Part shown: positions 21,204 to 33,275 of the stretch, piece after piece | How positions within the stretch are numbered: the stretch's first letter is position 1 | Layout: the number at the start of each line of letters is the position of its first letter | NCBI GenBank assembly: GCA_027923505.1 | Contig: BROI01000001.1 | Span: 2,914,001-2,978,000, forward strand | Reading direction: 5' to 3' | Source: Mayamaea pseudoterrestris | Taxonomy: Eukaryota | DNA length: 64,000 nt | The notes under the pieces: generated by a model | What the model was told of the DNA's origin: nothing | Seen by the model: only the letters and a program-made list of their open reading frames with translations | Database searches by the model: none | Program-made: the position numbers and the translations under genes

Positions 21204-23705
21204 CTACGCTGCCACTTCACGCTCGAGGTCTATGTCCTCGTCAATATTGACACAAGCAGCGCCTTCCACTTCTGTAGCTCCACTTTCGACCAACTCTTCG
21301 TACCGCGTAACTGTCATCTCCGGACTCTTCAAAAGAATAGGCTTGCGCTCGCCTCGAACAGCAGGGGCGTCGACGTACACGGTATGGACATCAGGAAGTG
21401 ACGGCACAATGTATTGAGCATCCATGATGATATTGTCGGTAATAGAACGAAGGCCACGAGCGCCTGTACCACGAGAAAAAGCAGTTTTAGCAATCTCCTC
21501 CAGGCCGTCCTTCGTCACATGAAAATTGACGTCGTCCATGGCAAACAATCGAGTGTACTGCTTCATGATCGAGTTCTTCGGCACCGTTAAAATATCCACC
21601 AGGTTCTCGATATCCAAACCCTTGGTCGAAACAATGACAGGAAAGCGCCCGACAAATTCAGGAATTAAACCGTACTCGACAAGGTCTTTGGGAACAGCGT
21701 TGTCAAAATACCGGCCCTGCACCTTGTGATCGTCAACATTCTTTTTCATCTTGGCATTAAAGCCAATTGATGCAGCGTCCATGCGTCGATTGATGATTCT
21801 TTCAAGACCTGAAAAAGCTCCACCGCAAATGAACAGAATATTCGTCGTGTCGATCTGAAGAAAGTCGCCGCGTGGGTTCTTTCGGCCTGGTTCCTGCAAG
21901 TTACAAAGGGTTTCCATATGTGAAAATGTTGAGACACGTTCATGAAAGCCGTCACATCGACTATACATCCCAAAATCATAGTACCTTGGGAACGTTAACA
22001 GTGTTGCCTTCGACAATCTTGAGCAGGGCGTGTTGTACTCCTTCGCCAGAAACGTCGCGGCTAATGCTAACATTTCCTCCCGACTTCCTTATCTTGTCGC
22101 ACTCGTCGATGTAAACAATGCCGCGCTGACAACGCTCAATGTCTTGACCACTTTCGAGATAAAGCTTAAAAAGAATGCTTTCAACGTCTTCACCAACGTA
22201 GCCAGCTTGTGTCTGCAACAAGAAAAGCAAATGACAGCAATTAGCGATGCAGTTGACAAGCCGCCTGCGCACTACTCGACAAATCACATACCAAGCATGT
22301 AGCATCGGCGATTACGAGAGGAACGTCAATAATTTTGGCAAGAGTCTTGACAAGAAGCGTCTATTATAGAGAAACAGGGGTCAGCAGAGTGCAAAAGCCG
22401 GACGATAAATTTCACGAGATGCACACACATACCTTTCCGCTACCAGTCGGTCCAAGTAGAAGAATATTGCTCTTGTCAATCTCACATTCCTCAACGTCGC
22501 GAGCAAACGTTTCGTCACGAATGTTGTTGATGCTGTCAATATCTGGCGCCTCGCAAAATGGTTTCTTCGTGTCTATCTTTCCTTGCACCGTTCCAAAATT
22601 ACCAAGATTTAAATCTTGCAAGGTAGGACCATGACTTGAATGATGAGCCGGACCACCTGCCGCCACATAGTTAGCTTCTTCCAACTCTGCCTTGCGCATC
22701 TCCTCCATGGCCTGCTGCGACTCGGCGAGCGAAATTCGCTTGTAGTGGTTGTACACGCCAACCGAAAGGGCCACCTTTACTTCCTTTTGCCCAATGACAT
22801 AGTCGTTCAAATTTTTCATTATCTGTTGTGGCGTTGGCATCTTTTTCATCTCATATTCCGGGGTTCGCCGCGCGTCCTCTCGGGGAGCGGAAGCACCGCC
22901 ATGTTCCGCATCTTGCCCGGGCGCCTGTCGCGTCGTGTAGATTTTGGGGTCATTGTTATTGTTATTGCTGCCATGGCTATCTGGCATGTGACGCAACAAA
23001 AGCATTTGCGGGTCCGTCGTTGTCGTAGCATCTTGTCGGATGTGCGGAATCTTCACTCGCTCATCAAGAGAGTCATCATATGGATGACGCGAGCTTTCGT
23101 CGACCCCATGACCAAGAGTAAAAAATCCAGAGCAAGCCGCACAGTAAAATTGATTCTCCTGGAAATCCCCGTGTTGAAAGGTCATTTGCGTTCCGCATCT
23201 AGGGCCTGTGGGTATTTGCGCCGCAAGAAATTTAGGAAAGTTTCTACCAGTCTCGAGCCTTCTTCTCTCGATAAATTCACTTACATCGATGCCTTCCACT
23301 GCCTCCATCCCCGCCAGATTTTCGAGATATTGGCTTGCTACTCATTTCGTAGTCCGACGCTGTTGGTGGAGGATACGGCCTGGACGTTACATTTGATGGC
23401 GGCGGTCTTGATCCAGCCGCAGACATGAAAGTGCTGGATAGCTCTTCACTTGTTTCGTGGTGGCCATCGTCATCATCATAATCGTAGGCCAATGCCAAGG
23501 CTAGCTGGGGAGGCGCATTACGAATAGATTGGACATTTCGATAACTGCAGTCCAAGCCTTCGGCAGCACTGGACCAATGGCACTTCGGAATCTGCTGCCA
23601 CGAGGGACTGGCCGGAAAATTCAGATTTACACCAACACCCTTAAGCCAATGAGCTCCCTTGCGCTTGAAGCCAATGGCATGGCTTGACGTTGCCCGTAGC
23701 ATCAT
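21204..23705 (-). CDS. CLPX: Mitochondrial ClpX AAA+ unfoldase, 5 exons
   Basis: Splicing 23284-23206 restores the CPRC..CAAC zinc finger. Motifs YVIGQ, GPTGSGKT (split by an intron), [34 protein letters not shown]. Confidence 0.95.
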
Positions 23706-24189
23706 GTTGCACTTGTTCACGACTAGGAGAAGATTTTGCTTGTGACCAGCGATGACACGGCTCGTTCACAAGCGAGCGACCGAATCCATAAAACGAGGGA
23801 CGGAACATCGAGTGTCGTCATTCGCGCGCGATCCAATTTCTATGCCAAAGAGCGCATCCGCCACAAAATGCAGATCTTGTACACTTTAGCCTATAGCTCA
23901 TGCATTTCAGTCACGCAGAGTTTCGCCGACAGATGCGTTTTCGGGTTGCTTTCGACGTGTCACAACTACTCCCCTGCGTCGGCAATTGACGTCCGGTCCT
24001 TTCATCGTCTCACAATCGGCTCCGGCCGAGCGAAAGCTCGATCGATCCTATTCCTGACCTCTCCAAAACCCAATTACTTCCACCATGCCATCCTGGCTTT
24101 CACCTAAAGTTGGGACTGTCCCACAAGCAGGACAACCAAGCAGAAAAGATAGACGATCTAGAAAGGAAGCGTCAAAGAAGGGAATCACC

Positions 24190-25984
24190 ATGGAGGTAAG
24201 TCGGAAGCACACGTTGCTCGCCATCGTGGCGCGCTCGTTTCGTTAGCGAGGCGGTACTCAGGGTCATTCCTTCATCTTTACTTATGGCGTGATGACGTAT
24301 GTGCGAACTTGCGTTAAGTGATTATATGTCAATGGATGACTTTTGAGCTCCTGGATCCTCGGCCATGGGTGGTGGCTTGAGAGTAGCGAATGATTCGTGC
24401 CGTTGGCGGCGGTTCAACGACCGTGTAGGTCGTGCGGATTTGAAGAGTAGTATTTTACTCACCATGACGCGTCGATGTTTGTCAATGCAGGATTTAAAGA
24501 AGCAAACGGCGCTTCGACTTGCGCACGAGCAGAAGAAACGGCCGACGGAAGGATCGAAAGGGCCTTCTCCAACAGCTGCTGGTCCTACTCCTTCCATGCC
24601 TCCTTCATCCATGGTATATTCACCGCATCATCAAGGACCGCCGGCTCCGAATCACTACGACATGCCACACTCGAGCATACCGGGAATGGTGCCTCAAACT
24701 ACGTATGGCGTTGTTCCATTTGCGTCGCCTGGTCCGTCGATGCAAGGACCGCCAGTTGTGCCAGTAAACGTAGAATCGATGAGTAACTTCCAGAAACAGG
24801 GATCTGCTCAAGACCTGAGCAACTCAAAATTACCGCACGGTTTGACAGTGCAGGAATTGAAAGAGATGACCAAGGCTCGTCTTCAAGCGGAAGCATCCAA
24901 GGCGGAAGTCTCTTCGATGGAACGCCGTGAGCAGCCTCCAGCGATTAGTCCTCTTCCGATGCAACATCCTATTCATTCTTCACAGAGCCGATCAAGAACG
25001 CAGAGCCGTGATGGCTGGTCACAATGCTCGCGCGGGGATGCCGATGAATATAGTGTTTGTTCAACTACCTCAGACTTTCCGGGATCGGAGTCGGCATTTG
25101 GAGTTAGTGGTCCATCGCCCGCTCCTTCTCCATTTACACCGAATCGTGCTTATCTTGGATCGTATGGGTCAGTCGCTGGTGCCGGGTCACCTCTCCCGGA
25201 GATGGTTGCTTTCACGGGTTCGGGGTCGATGGCTTTTGGAGGAACGCCGGATTACTACAATGCCAATCGGCGTCGCGCACAGACCCTCTCTCCTCGTCAA
25301 GGATTATCTTATGTAGACGAGGAGCGACAAGTGTTACCAAGCCAACAGTTTCACGGTATGCCATCATTCGGCTCTCCAATGATCAATAGTCAATATTCAC
25401 AATTTTCTAACAATTCAAGCGTTGATTTAATCGGCGGACTACCGACAAGACCGAACATGCTTGGCACTGACAATCGGGCACGCACTTACTCATTGGACCC
25501 GACAAGCATCAGCGATCGGGCTGTAGGTAGCCCTGACTGGCTAGACAATCGTCCTCGCACGTCGTCAGCTGCCTCGCTGCCCGCCACGTCGCAGACTGCC
25601 GAGGAGTTTTTCATGATGGAACCTCCGCAGTTTCAGCGAAGCTCCTTCCATCGTCTATCGACTGAGATAGGTGTTTTGGATGAGGAACACGTCTCGCGTC
25701 CGTCGGTTACTGGGCTGGCCGATGTTTTCCGAAAGTCTCCACCGCCAGGTTTTGGGACTTCGACGACTGGGCGCGGAGCTGTCGATGCCTTGGGTTCGCA
25801 CAATAGCACAGTCCAATCAAGCAGCGCTGGTCTTGGCAATATGCCTTTTTATGGTGGCGGTGGTGATGTCAGGAGCCGTGCATCGACATGGGCTCCAGAC
25901 TCCATGTTTGGAACGTCGTCACCGTCCGGTGGCTTGGGTATGGAGGAGCTAGCTGCGATTCTCAAGCTGTCAGAAGCAGAATAG
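24190..25984 (+). CDS. Uncharacterised low-complexity protein; 6-nt first exon ATGGAG, intron 24196-24490
   Basis: caccATGGAG|GTAAGT..TGCAG|GAT gives MEDLKKQTALRLAHEQ. A similar helix recurs as LTVQELKEMTKARLQAE. The rest is Ser/Pro-rich with several RxRxxS/T motifs. Confidence 0.7.
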
Positions 25985-26443
25985 TTGTCTTGGGGGGCTT
26001 GCGTAATTAGAGTGAACCGGCTTGCGGATGCAAGTTTATGCATGGATGGTATTTTCACCGCGATGGTGATGACAACGCCTTGGACGTTGCGTGTATGTTT
26101 TTATTCTTTGGTTGAATGTGTGTTGGCAATGGCGAAGTATGTGCAGTACGCCAAGTATTGATTGAGGGAAGACCCTAAGATATGTTGATGTTGCAAGGTT
26201 TGCTGTGCTCGTTTATTGGGCTGTTTGTGCACAACGATAAATTATATGATAAATCTACATTTGATATAAACTGTGACTATGGATGTATAGCAGATCGAAT
26301 GGCGGTATAAAATTTCCCTACCGTCATGTGAATACAACCAACCGGTAGACATCGGTTTCCGCGACTGTATTTATAGTGTGGAGAAAAATGGTCCACCGTG
26401 GCTCTGATTCAACTATGTTTCAACGCCAGGTCGTTGTAATAAT

Positions 26444-28020
26444 CTATTCATGCTTCAATTTCGAAGACTCAGCTTCCTCCGCTTCCTTTAACTTCTTGGC
26501 CACCAGCTGACGGTTCTGCTCCTCCAACTCTTCTTCCTTCTTTTCGTTAGCAGCGTCAACTTTGCAAGCAAGTGCCCCGTACAGTTTCGTAAAGAGCGCG
26601 GCACGAGCACCCTTGTTCCAGTCACTGTTGAGCATGCTATAAATATTGCTGTCGCGACTGGACTCCTTGACAATCTTGTGCTTAAACAGCATGCCCTCCA
26701 CTGTAAAGCCCAGGCGTGTTGCCAGTTTGCGCTTGTGAACGTCTTGCGAGTCAATACAAATCTGTATGCGCCGGTAACCGTAGCCATACAGTCGATCCAT
26801 CATCAAAAAGATAGCCTCCAGTTGTTCGGGACATCCCTCAAAGGCCGCTTGCATCAACGGTGGCTCAATTTGTATAGTGAGATTCTTTGGGTCGTCATTC
26901 GTCAAGAGAAACGCACCCATCAAGCGATCTGTAACTGCATGCACAATAGCAAACGCGGCTTCGTTCGGCATGTGCTGAAAGACAAAAGACTTGGCCATTT
27001 CCTCGTCCGATTTGAATGGTCCTTCGGGCTGAAAACTCCAAACCTCTTCCGGATCAAATGCTTTGTTCTGCAATCCTGGTTCGCCCGAAGTAAGTGTATA
27101 CAGCTCCTTTAAGTGACGTGAATCATCAAGAGCTTCCAAGCGAACATATCGTCCAACAATATCAGCCGGGCGCGTTTTCCAAAGCTCCAAGTATTTGTCG
27201 TCCGTCTTGTGGTTGGCGCAGCAAATGGCTTCGTACATGCGGCCGTACGACCGACGGTACAAGTCACTGACATATGGACCGCAACCAGCAAACCCTCGAG
27301 CATAGGCTTCAAAACGCGACTCTGGTCTACCGGGCAACGTAGCGCCTGTGAATAACGAATTGGTAGTATGGATGAGATGATGGAAAAAGAATGACAGGCG
27401 TGCGTTACCTGTCCAACGATGTTGACTTTGCTGACTACCAGGCCACTTCAAGACCGACAAAGCGTAACATTCCAATCAAACTCACCTCCAGGCTTGTCCT
27501 GACATGTCCGATAGGCCTTGTAATAGTTCTCTTGATACATGGGCGGAATGTAATACTCAAAACCTTTCGACTCGTCGTGCTGCAAAAGGTCCTTTGCCGC
27601 AACCTTGCGATTCTCCGGCGCGACATTGGCCAGCATGGACATGAGCTTGGTAGATCCCTGCATGCGTTCGTGTCGGACGCAATTTTGCATCATGCGCTCG
27701 CGGGCATCCAGAAGCGTCTCCAACAAGAGGGGTCGTTGCGATCGAGCATCGTGAGGAGCGACAATAGTCGTCTCGCCAGTCTCAGCTTGCTGCTTAATGC
27801 GCTGAAAGGATCCACCCATGATCAACAGAGCAACGACAGCCGACACTGTCGAGACGAAAACTAAACATCCAAAGAGTATTCCGTAGCGCTGCGCCGTTGG
27901 CATGTCGGATAGCCCCATGGCTTCTAGCAAAGCATCAATGCTGCCAAACTTGGATGTGATTTCCACGAACGCGATTCGAAGCTTTTCAAAGTCATCCGTG
28001 TCTTTATTTGAGTATCCCAT
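26444..28020 (-). CDS. Membrane-anchored protein with a C-terminal GNAT (RimJ/RimL-type) acetyltransferase-like domain; intron 27485-27346
   Basis: MGYSNKD.. with TM YGILFGCLVFVSTVSAVVALLIMG. GTGAGT..CAG intron in phase. GNAT-like GRYVRLEAL, GYRRIQ..RKLATRLGFTVEG..SRDSNIYSMLNSDW. Confidence 0.8.
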
Positions 28021-28969
28021 TTTGGTAGTTTTCGTAGGTGTAGATGTAGATTGTCGAAGATGCACAGCAAGGCGATAGGATGGTTGATGAACGCAACGAT
28101 GGACGGCGCAGCGGCGGCTCGTCATTGTGGCCGGAACACGATAAAACGTGCACGCGCGTTTCGATGCGCGCCGGGCGGATCCGCGAAATGACGAGGGACG
28201 CGACAACTTGAAACGATCGATGAATGATGGACGTGTATAGAGAATAAGGAAGCGAACAACATCATTGTCGGCAGTCATATATTCATTGGCGTGAATGACC
28301 AGATTGAAAGCAAACGATCCGTGATCGGGTCTGATGATCAGCGATCTCGAATCTCGAAGGATGAGGAATTCAAGGTTAACCGTCCATGCTGCAATGTCTT
28401 ATGTCCATCGGAATTCCAACAACAACTGCCGTCGTCATCGGTGCCAGTGGCTAGCAATCGATAATCGCTGCCATGCAACATACAATGCGGATCTCGCAGC
28501 ATTGCTCATCGCGATCAACCATGAAGAGCTCAAACGCCAATATGGAGCACTGAGCAGTGCGGAGAAGATTGATGAAGCAATCTAAATGTTGAAGTTGGCA
28601 ACATGTTCAAATTAAAAACTACGGTAGTGGACGCGAAAAGATTAAAAGTTGAGCTAAGCACGTTGGTGCATGGTGACACGTTACGTGCGACCGTATGGCA
28701 TCGCCGCCGTGCTTCCGACGATGCCGCAGCTGCTACAATTAACTGAATAGCGCATAAATTGCTGGCGAATACGTAAACCCATGTGCTTTACGTGTAGCAT
28801 GCTCTGTTGCAGCAGGAGTCAGCGTAGATTCTCGCTTTCATAAGTTGCCTGCGAGATGCTACCAACCTGTCTTTTACGGTAAGCGAGAGGCGATAGCTGC
28901 GGTACATAGTTTCTTACTATTATATCTCAGAGTTATAAACTATCTGCCAACCATTCAGATGGCTCCTGT

Positions 28970-29676
28970 TCACCTTGATTTTGCGCCTCCTTGGAACATG
29001 CCTGTTTCCGCACCGGCATTTTTATACTTTGCTTTTCCAAACGAAATCGGCACATACTTGTGCTTGTACATGTGCATAATTTGTCGTTTCATCGTCATGA
29101 AGAAGAGAACAAAGAAGTAAAGAAGCAATATCGGCCAAAAGACTGGAACATCGAATATGGAAAAGAATGTCATGCCAATCGAAATTGCCGTCCCTCGCGC
29201 ACATGCCAGCCAGAATTTGAACTCGGGAAGGCGTCGCGTAAATGGCCGAAACTCTTCATTTGAAGTCGGCAGCGTAGGTCCATCGTTCACAGGGTCTTCC
29301 AGTGGGCTCAGAAACGCAATAAAATTATTTAGGAGGAAGATTCCTAGTCCATAGGCGACGATGAAATATCCTTGCACCAAGTAGATCCGGAGGAAGAAGA
29401 GAGCCAGCAATGTTCCAAACAGTGCCCATCGCGGCACAATATGAATTGTCGATTTGTCAAGCCAGTATTGAATGGCGCGTTGTACTGCGTGAATGTAAGA
29501 TAGATGATAGCAAAGAAGGAAATGAGAAATGAGACGACACGAGAGCAGCTGCATTGAACGTGACGATACAAATTGATCCTGCAGCCCCTGCGTTTCCAAT
29601 GCATCTACAGACACATACAATTAGCATTTGTTTGCGCTATGGACTGACGTCCTTCGTCGTCTGTGCCTTGCATCAT
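28970..29676 (-). CDS. RER1: ER retrieval protein RER1; one intron (~29618-29486)
   Basis: [13 protein letters not shown] [57 protein letters not shown]. First exon [11 protein letters not shown].. Confidence 0.95.
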
Positions 29677-29820
29677 GGTTGCTGCTAGCTATTAATAGCA
29701 AGAATGCCGTCGATGTTGGAAGCCTCTCGGGTGGCCAGCCACCAAACAATGTGTGCGACCAAACCATCGTGAAAACCCGTTCACAAGCTGTGTGCTCGCA
29801 TATCAAGGCTTATGCGTCTA

Positions 29821-30020
29821 TGACGCAGTTTTCACTGGCACTCGTTTTATACAATTGCCTGATGACGCAGTTCTCACTGGCACTTGTTTCGTACTATTGC
29901 CTTATGACGTAGTTTTCACTGGCACTCGTTTCGTTCTATTGCCTTGTGACGCAGTTCTCACTGGCACTCGTTTTGTACAATTGCCTTGTGACGTAGTTTT
30001 CACTGGCACTCGTTTCGTAC
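29821..30020. repeat. 42-bp minisatellite, ~4.8 copies
   Basis: Units start at 29821, 29863, 29905, 29947 and 29989. Consensus TGACG(C/T)AGTT(T/C)TCACTGGCACTCGTTT(C/T)GTAC(A/T)ATTGCCTT(G/A). Confidence 0.95.
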
Positions 30021-30231
30021 ATGCCGACCACGACCACCATGTCGACTCGACGAGCCTCCGCTTACGGCAAACAAAGGCTTCGTAGTGTACCTTTAACCTT
30101 TAACTCGACAATTGCTTGGCTCACCACATTGTTCACCAATTATTAATATACACCATGCAATTCCACTCTGTGCTTTTGCCTTTTCAGCTGCGTCAGCCCT
30201 TGTGATCGTCCTACGCTACTACTGATGGCTG

Positions 30232-30365
30232 ATGGCAACAGTCTCGGCGTTCCTTTCATTGCCTCGTCGTCGTCAACATTCGAAACCATCACTCCTTTAC
30301 AGTACAGCAACATACAATTAAGTATTTGTCGCTGGATGTTCTTGTTGCGTTGGTCGCGCCATCAG
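30232..30365 (+). pseudogene. Possible relic of a plastid-targeted NAD(P)-binding (Rossmann) protein
   Basis: Reads MATVSAF-LSLPRRRQHSKPSLLYSTATYN*VFVAGCSCCVGRAI: an SAF cleavage motif, a transit-like stretch and a decayed VFVAGxSxxVGR motif. In-frame TAA at 30319. Confidence 0.35.
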
Positions 30366-30488
30366 CTTCAAGCGTGGCTCCCAGGATAGAGTTGAGGAGA
30401 AAATGAGCTAACAAGCCACCATTGACCAGAGAGCCAGGGAGAGTCATTCCACTGCCCAATGATTGAGCCAAAATGTATGAGGCAATGG

Positions 30489-30490
<2 letters not shown>

Positions 30491-30519
<29 letters not shown>
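30491..30519. repeat. (CAG)n microsatellite, ~9 units
   Basis: agcagcagcagcagcagcagcagcagcag in an intergenic position. Confidence 0.9.
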
Positions 30520-30692
30520 TGTTTCATGTCTCTCGTTACAGCAGAGTCACAAGTAAGAGGCTAGGAAGTGCCTCAGATTAGCAAGCATGTCCCCTTATAT
30601 CTAGGACGAGTTGCGGAATAAATAGAGAGACATACATTGCGAAAGAAGATAGTGTGCAACCTTTGTTTACACGTTTACGTGAACCTACTATT

Positions 30693-31539
30693 CTATGTAT
30701 CCGCTGGATCAGCGCCGACGGAAACAACACGAACTCCATCCTTGTCGACAATTTTGATGATAAAGTTCGGCTGGCTCAAAAGAAAGCGCTTGTGCAATGC
30801 CTTAATGCACTTGTTCATGATCTCCAGCGCATCATCGTACCCAAGTCCCTTAATGTAGTCTCGATCCATGATACTAAGACAAAAGTAGGCCGCGTAACCT
30901 TGCGCATTGTACGAAACCTTCTGCAAGGCAGCGAGATGATCCATGAAATACAACTCTGCTTGCTTCTTGACAGTATCGTATCCGCCCAGCAAAACGTCAA
31001 CTTGGTATGGTCCTTTGCGAAGAGCCGTTGCAAGCGTGTTGCGGCAAAAATTGGCCTGCGCCTTGGTGGAGAGTTTCGTGCCGTCATTTTCGAGTTCGTA
31101 GAGGTTCAAGTTCTTCTCAATATACTCGGTAAAATTTACCAAATCGCAGTTTGGGCCAGAGACTCCCATCATGGTATGCGAAGTCAATTCCTTGATCTTG
31201 TCAATGTTGGTTTGGTAAAGAAGGATGGATCGTGCATTCGACTGGTCGCATGCAATGAGGACTGCGAATAAAGAGGAAATTTTGAGTTGAAAGATAAACT
31301 AACAGAGTATACTTTCAGTAGGTACGAAATGCGACAGAACTATCGGTAGAGCTTGTGCAAGGTTATTCGTAGCTCTTCACCCGCCGGCTCACGCAATCGA
31401 ACCAGCAATCAGCGTGCGATCTTCCGTAAATCCTCCGTAATTTTAACTCATGAAATTATGCCGCTACACTTGCAGAATCTTTAATCATAATATACATACC
31501 ACCCCCATCGTATTGAATTCCCAACACTGTATCAGACAT
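30693..31539 (-). CDS. PSMB2: 20S proteasome subunit beta type-2 (PRE1/beta4); intron 31499-31263
   Basis: Exon 1 MSDTVLGIQYDGG splices to VLIACDQSNARSIL. Motifs LRKGPYQVDVLLGGYD, AQGYAAYFCLSIMDR. Confidence 0.95.
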
Positions 31540-31779
31540 GGTAAGCGAGCTATTGATGTCAAAAGATACTGAGTTGCGTCAATAACAACAAGTGCATGTA
31601 GACCTTTTGCCATCGTCGAGCATCCATCCATCGCTTCCTCTGTTGTCGCACCAGGACCAAGAAACCGATGCGACTTCCAGTTAGCGCGCGATCTTTTTGG
31701 CGCATGCAGTTTTGAAACGAGATCCACGAATGTCACCAGTCGATCCACCAGTTGTTGATCAGCTTCTCTTTCATAAATA

Positions 31780-32999
31780 ATGCTTGCGCTGAGAAACCTA
31801 ACGCCTCGCACAATCCGAAAGCTTACATCTTCTTCTCGCTTCATCATGCACGTCGCTGCTCGACCATCTGATCTCGTTGGCAACACGCCGCTCCTTGACC
31901 TTGCTCCCATTTTGAAGCAGCATGGCATTGACGGTGATGACGCTCCCAAGCTCTACGGCAAGCTCGAGTCTCTCGGTCCCTGTAGCTCCGTCAAGGATCG
32001 TATTGGACGCAGCATGATTGATCAAGCTGAAAAGGATGGTTTGATTCGCCCGAACTACAGCACCCTCGTGGAGCCAACCAGTGGAAACACTGGCATTGCG
32101 CTTGCCTTTTTAGCGCGTGAACGAGGATATGGATGCATTCTTACCATGCCTGAGACCATGTCACTCGAAAGGCGCATGATGCTCTTAGCCTTGGGGGCTG
32201 AAGTAGTCCTTACACCGAAGGAGACGGCTGTGAGTGGAGCGATTGCCAAGGCACAGGAAATCTTGGCCGAGTTGGGCGACAAGGGGCACATGCTCAACCA
32301 GTTTGAAAATCCAGCCAACCCCAAAACTCATCGCGAAACGACTGGGCCGGAGATTTGGAGAGACACGGATGGAAAGATTGACTACTTCTTTAGTGGCGTG
32401 GGAACTGGCGGGACCGTCACTGGTGTTTCGCAATACATTAAAGGTTCGGAGGAGTTTAGCTTGCCGCCGCTCAACCCGAATCTTTATACGGTGGCGGTGG
32501 AGCCACAGGAGCAAATGCTGCTAACCGAAGCCAAGGGCGGAGAAAAAATTGGAGAGCAGGGTCCTCACAAGATTCAAGGAGTAAGGATGTCTCGGTGTTT
32601 TGTCTATTTCGACTTCCAATATATATGTCTAATCATTTGCTGCCTTTTGTATACCAGATGGGAGCCGGCATCGTTCCCAAGGTCATCAACCTTGATCTTG
32701 TCGACGAAGTAGTTCCATGCCATTCAGACCATGCCATGGATATGACTCGCGAACTCTGGCTCATGGGTCTTCCCACTGGAGTCTCGGCTGGAGCCATTGT
32801 ACATGCTGCCGTCGATGTTCTTAAGCGCCCTGAAGCCGCAGGAAAGACGGCTGTCTGTATTATTCCTTCCTTTGGCGAGCGTTACTTTTCGCATCCGGGC
32901 TTTAACACCATCCGCGAAACGGCTGAAAACCTCAAGAAGCAGCCTTTGCCCGAGCCTTGGGACAACCGAAAGTATGGATTTGACACCGAACGTGGGTAG
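31780..32999 (+). CDS. cysK: Cysteine synthase (O-acetylserine thiol-lyase) with a probable mitochondrial presequence; intron 32581-32657
   Basis: VGNTPL, SVKDR (PLP Lys), EPTSGNTG, GVGTGGT, spliced HKIQGMGAG, PSFGERY. Arg/Ser-rich N-terminus. Confidence 0.95.
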
Positions 33000-33275
33000 T
33001 TAGTCAACTATTTTTGCAACGTACGTTTTCAAAACGATGATTGTTAGTTGTTAACATACATAAGTACTACAATGTCCTACAATAGTATGATGTACACTGG
33101 TCAAAAGCTACAAGTACGAGTCCAGTCGGCATCATTGAGAAACGGTGCGACTGCGCGTTTCATTTCGCGCCGCGAGCCCCACGCGCGTTGGAAATCAGTT
33201 CCTCGACTTCGACGGATTGACAATGGCCATGGCATCCGGAACTGCTACTATCTTTATCCAAAACACGCACGAGAC

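Noticed and set aside
23206..23308. Apparent frameshifts in ClpX (and likewise Ulp1, cysK, HIS7, WEE1, NDUFB9)
   Set aside because: All are resolved by canonical GT-AG introns that restore conserved motifs, so these are neither pseudogenes nor recoding sites.
28300..28960. 83-aa ORF and a GGCATCG..CGATGCC hairpin in the intergenic gap
   Set aside because: No family resemblance; a short hairpin is expected by chance.
29821..30020. CRISPR-like appearance of the regularly spaced repeat
   Set aside because: Units are contiguous 42-mers with no unique spacers, there are no cas genes, and the context is eukaryotic.
30088..30105. CCTTTAACCTTTAAC as a telomerase template or interstitial telomere
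   Set aside because: Only two units, and it does not match the CCCTAA repeat known from model diatoms.
31385..31420. GGTTCGATT T-loop-like word on the - strand
   Set aside because: No T-stem pairing or cloverleaf; not a tRNA.
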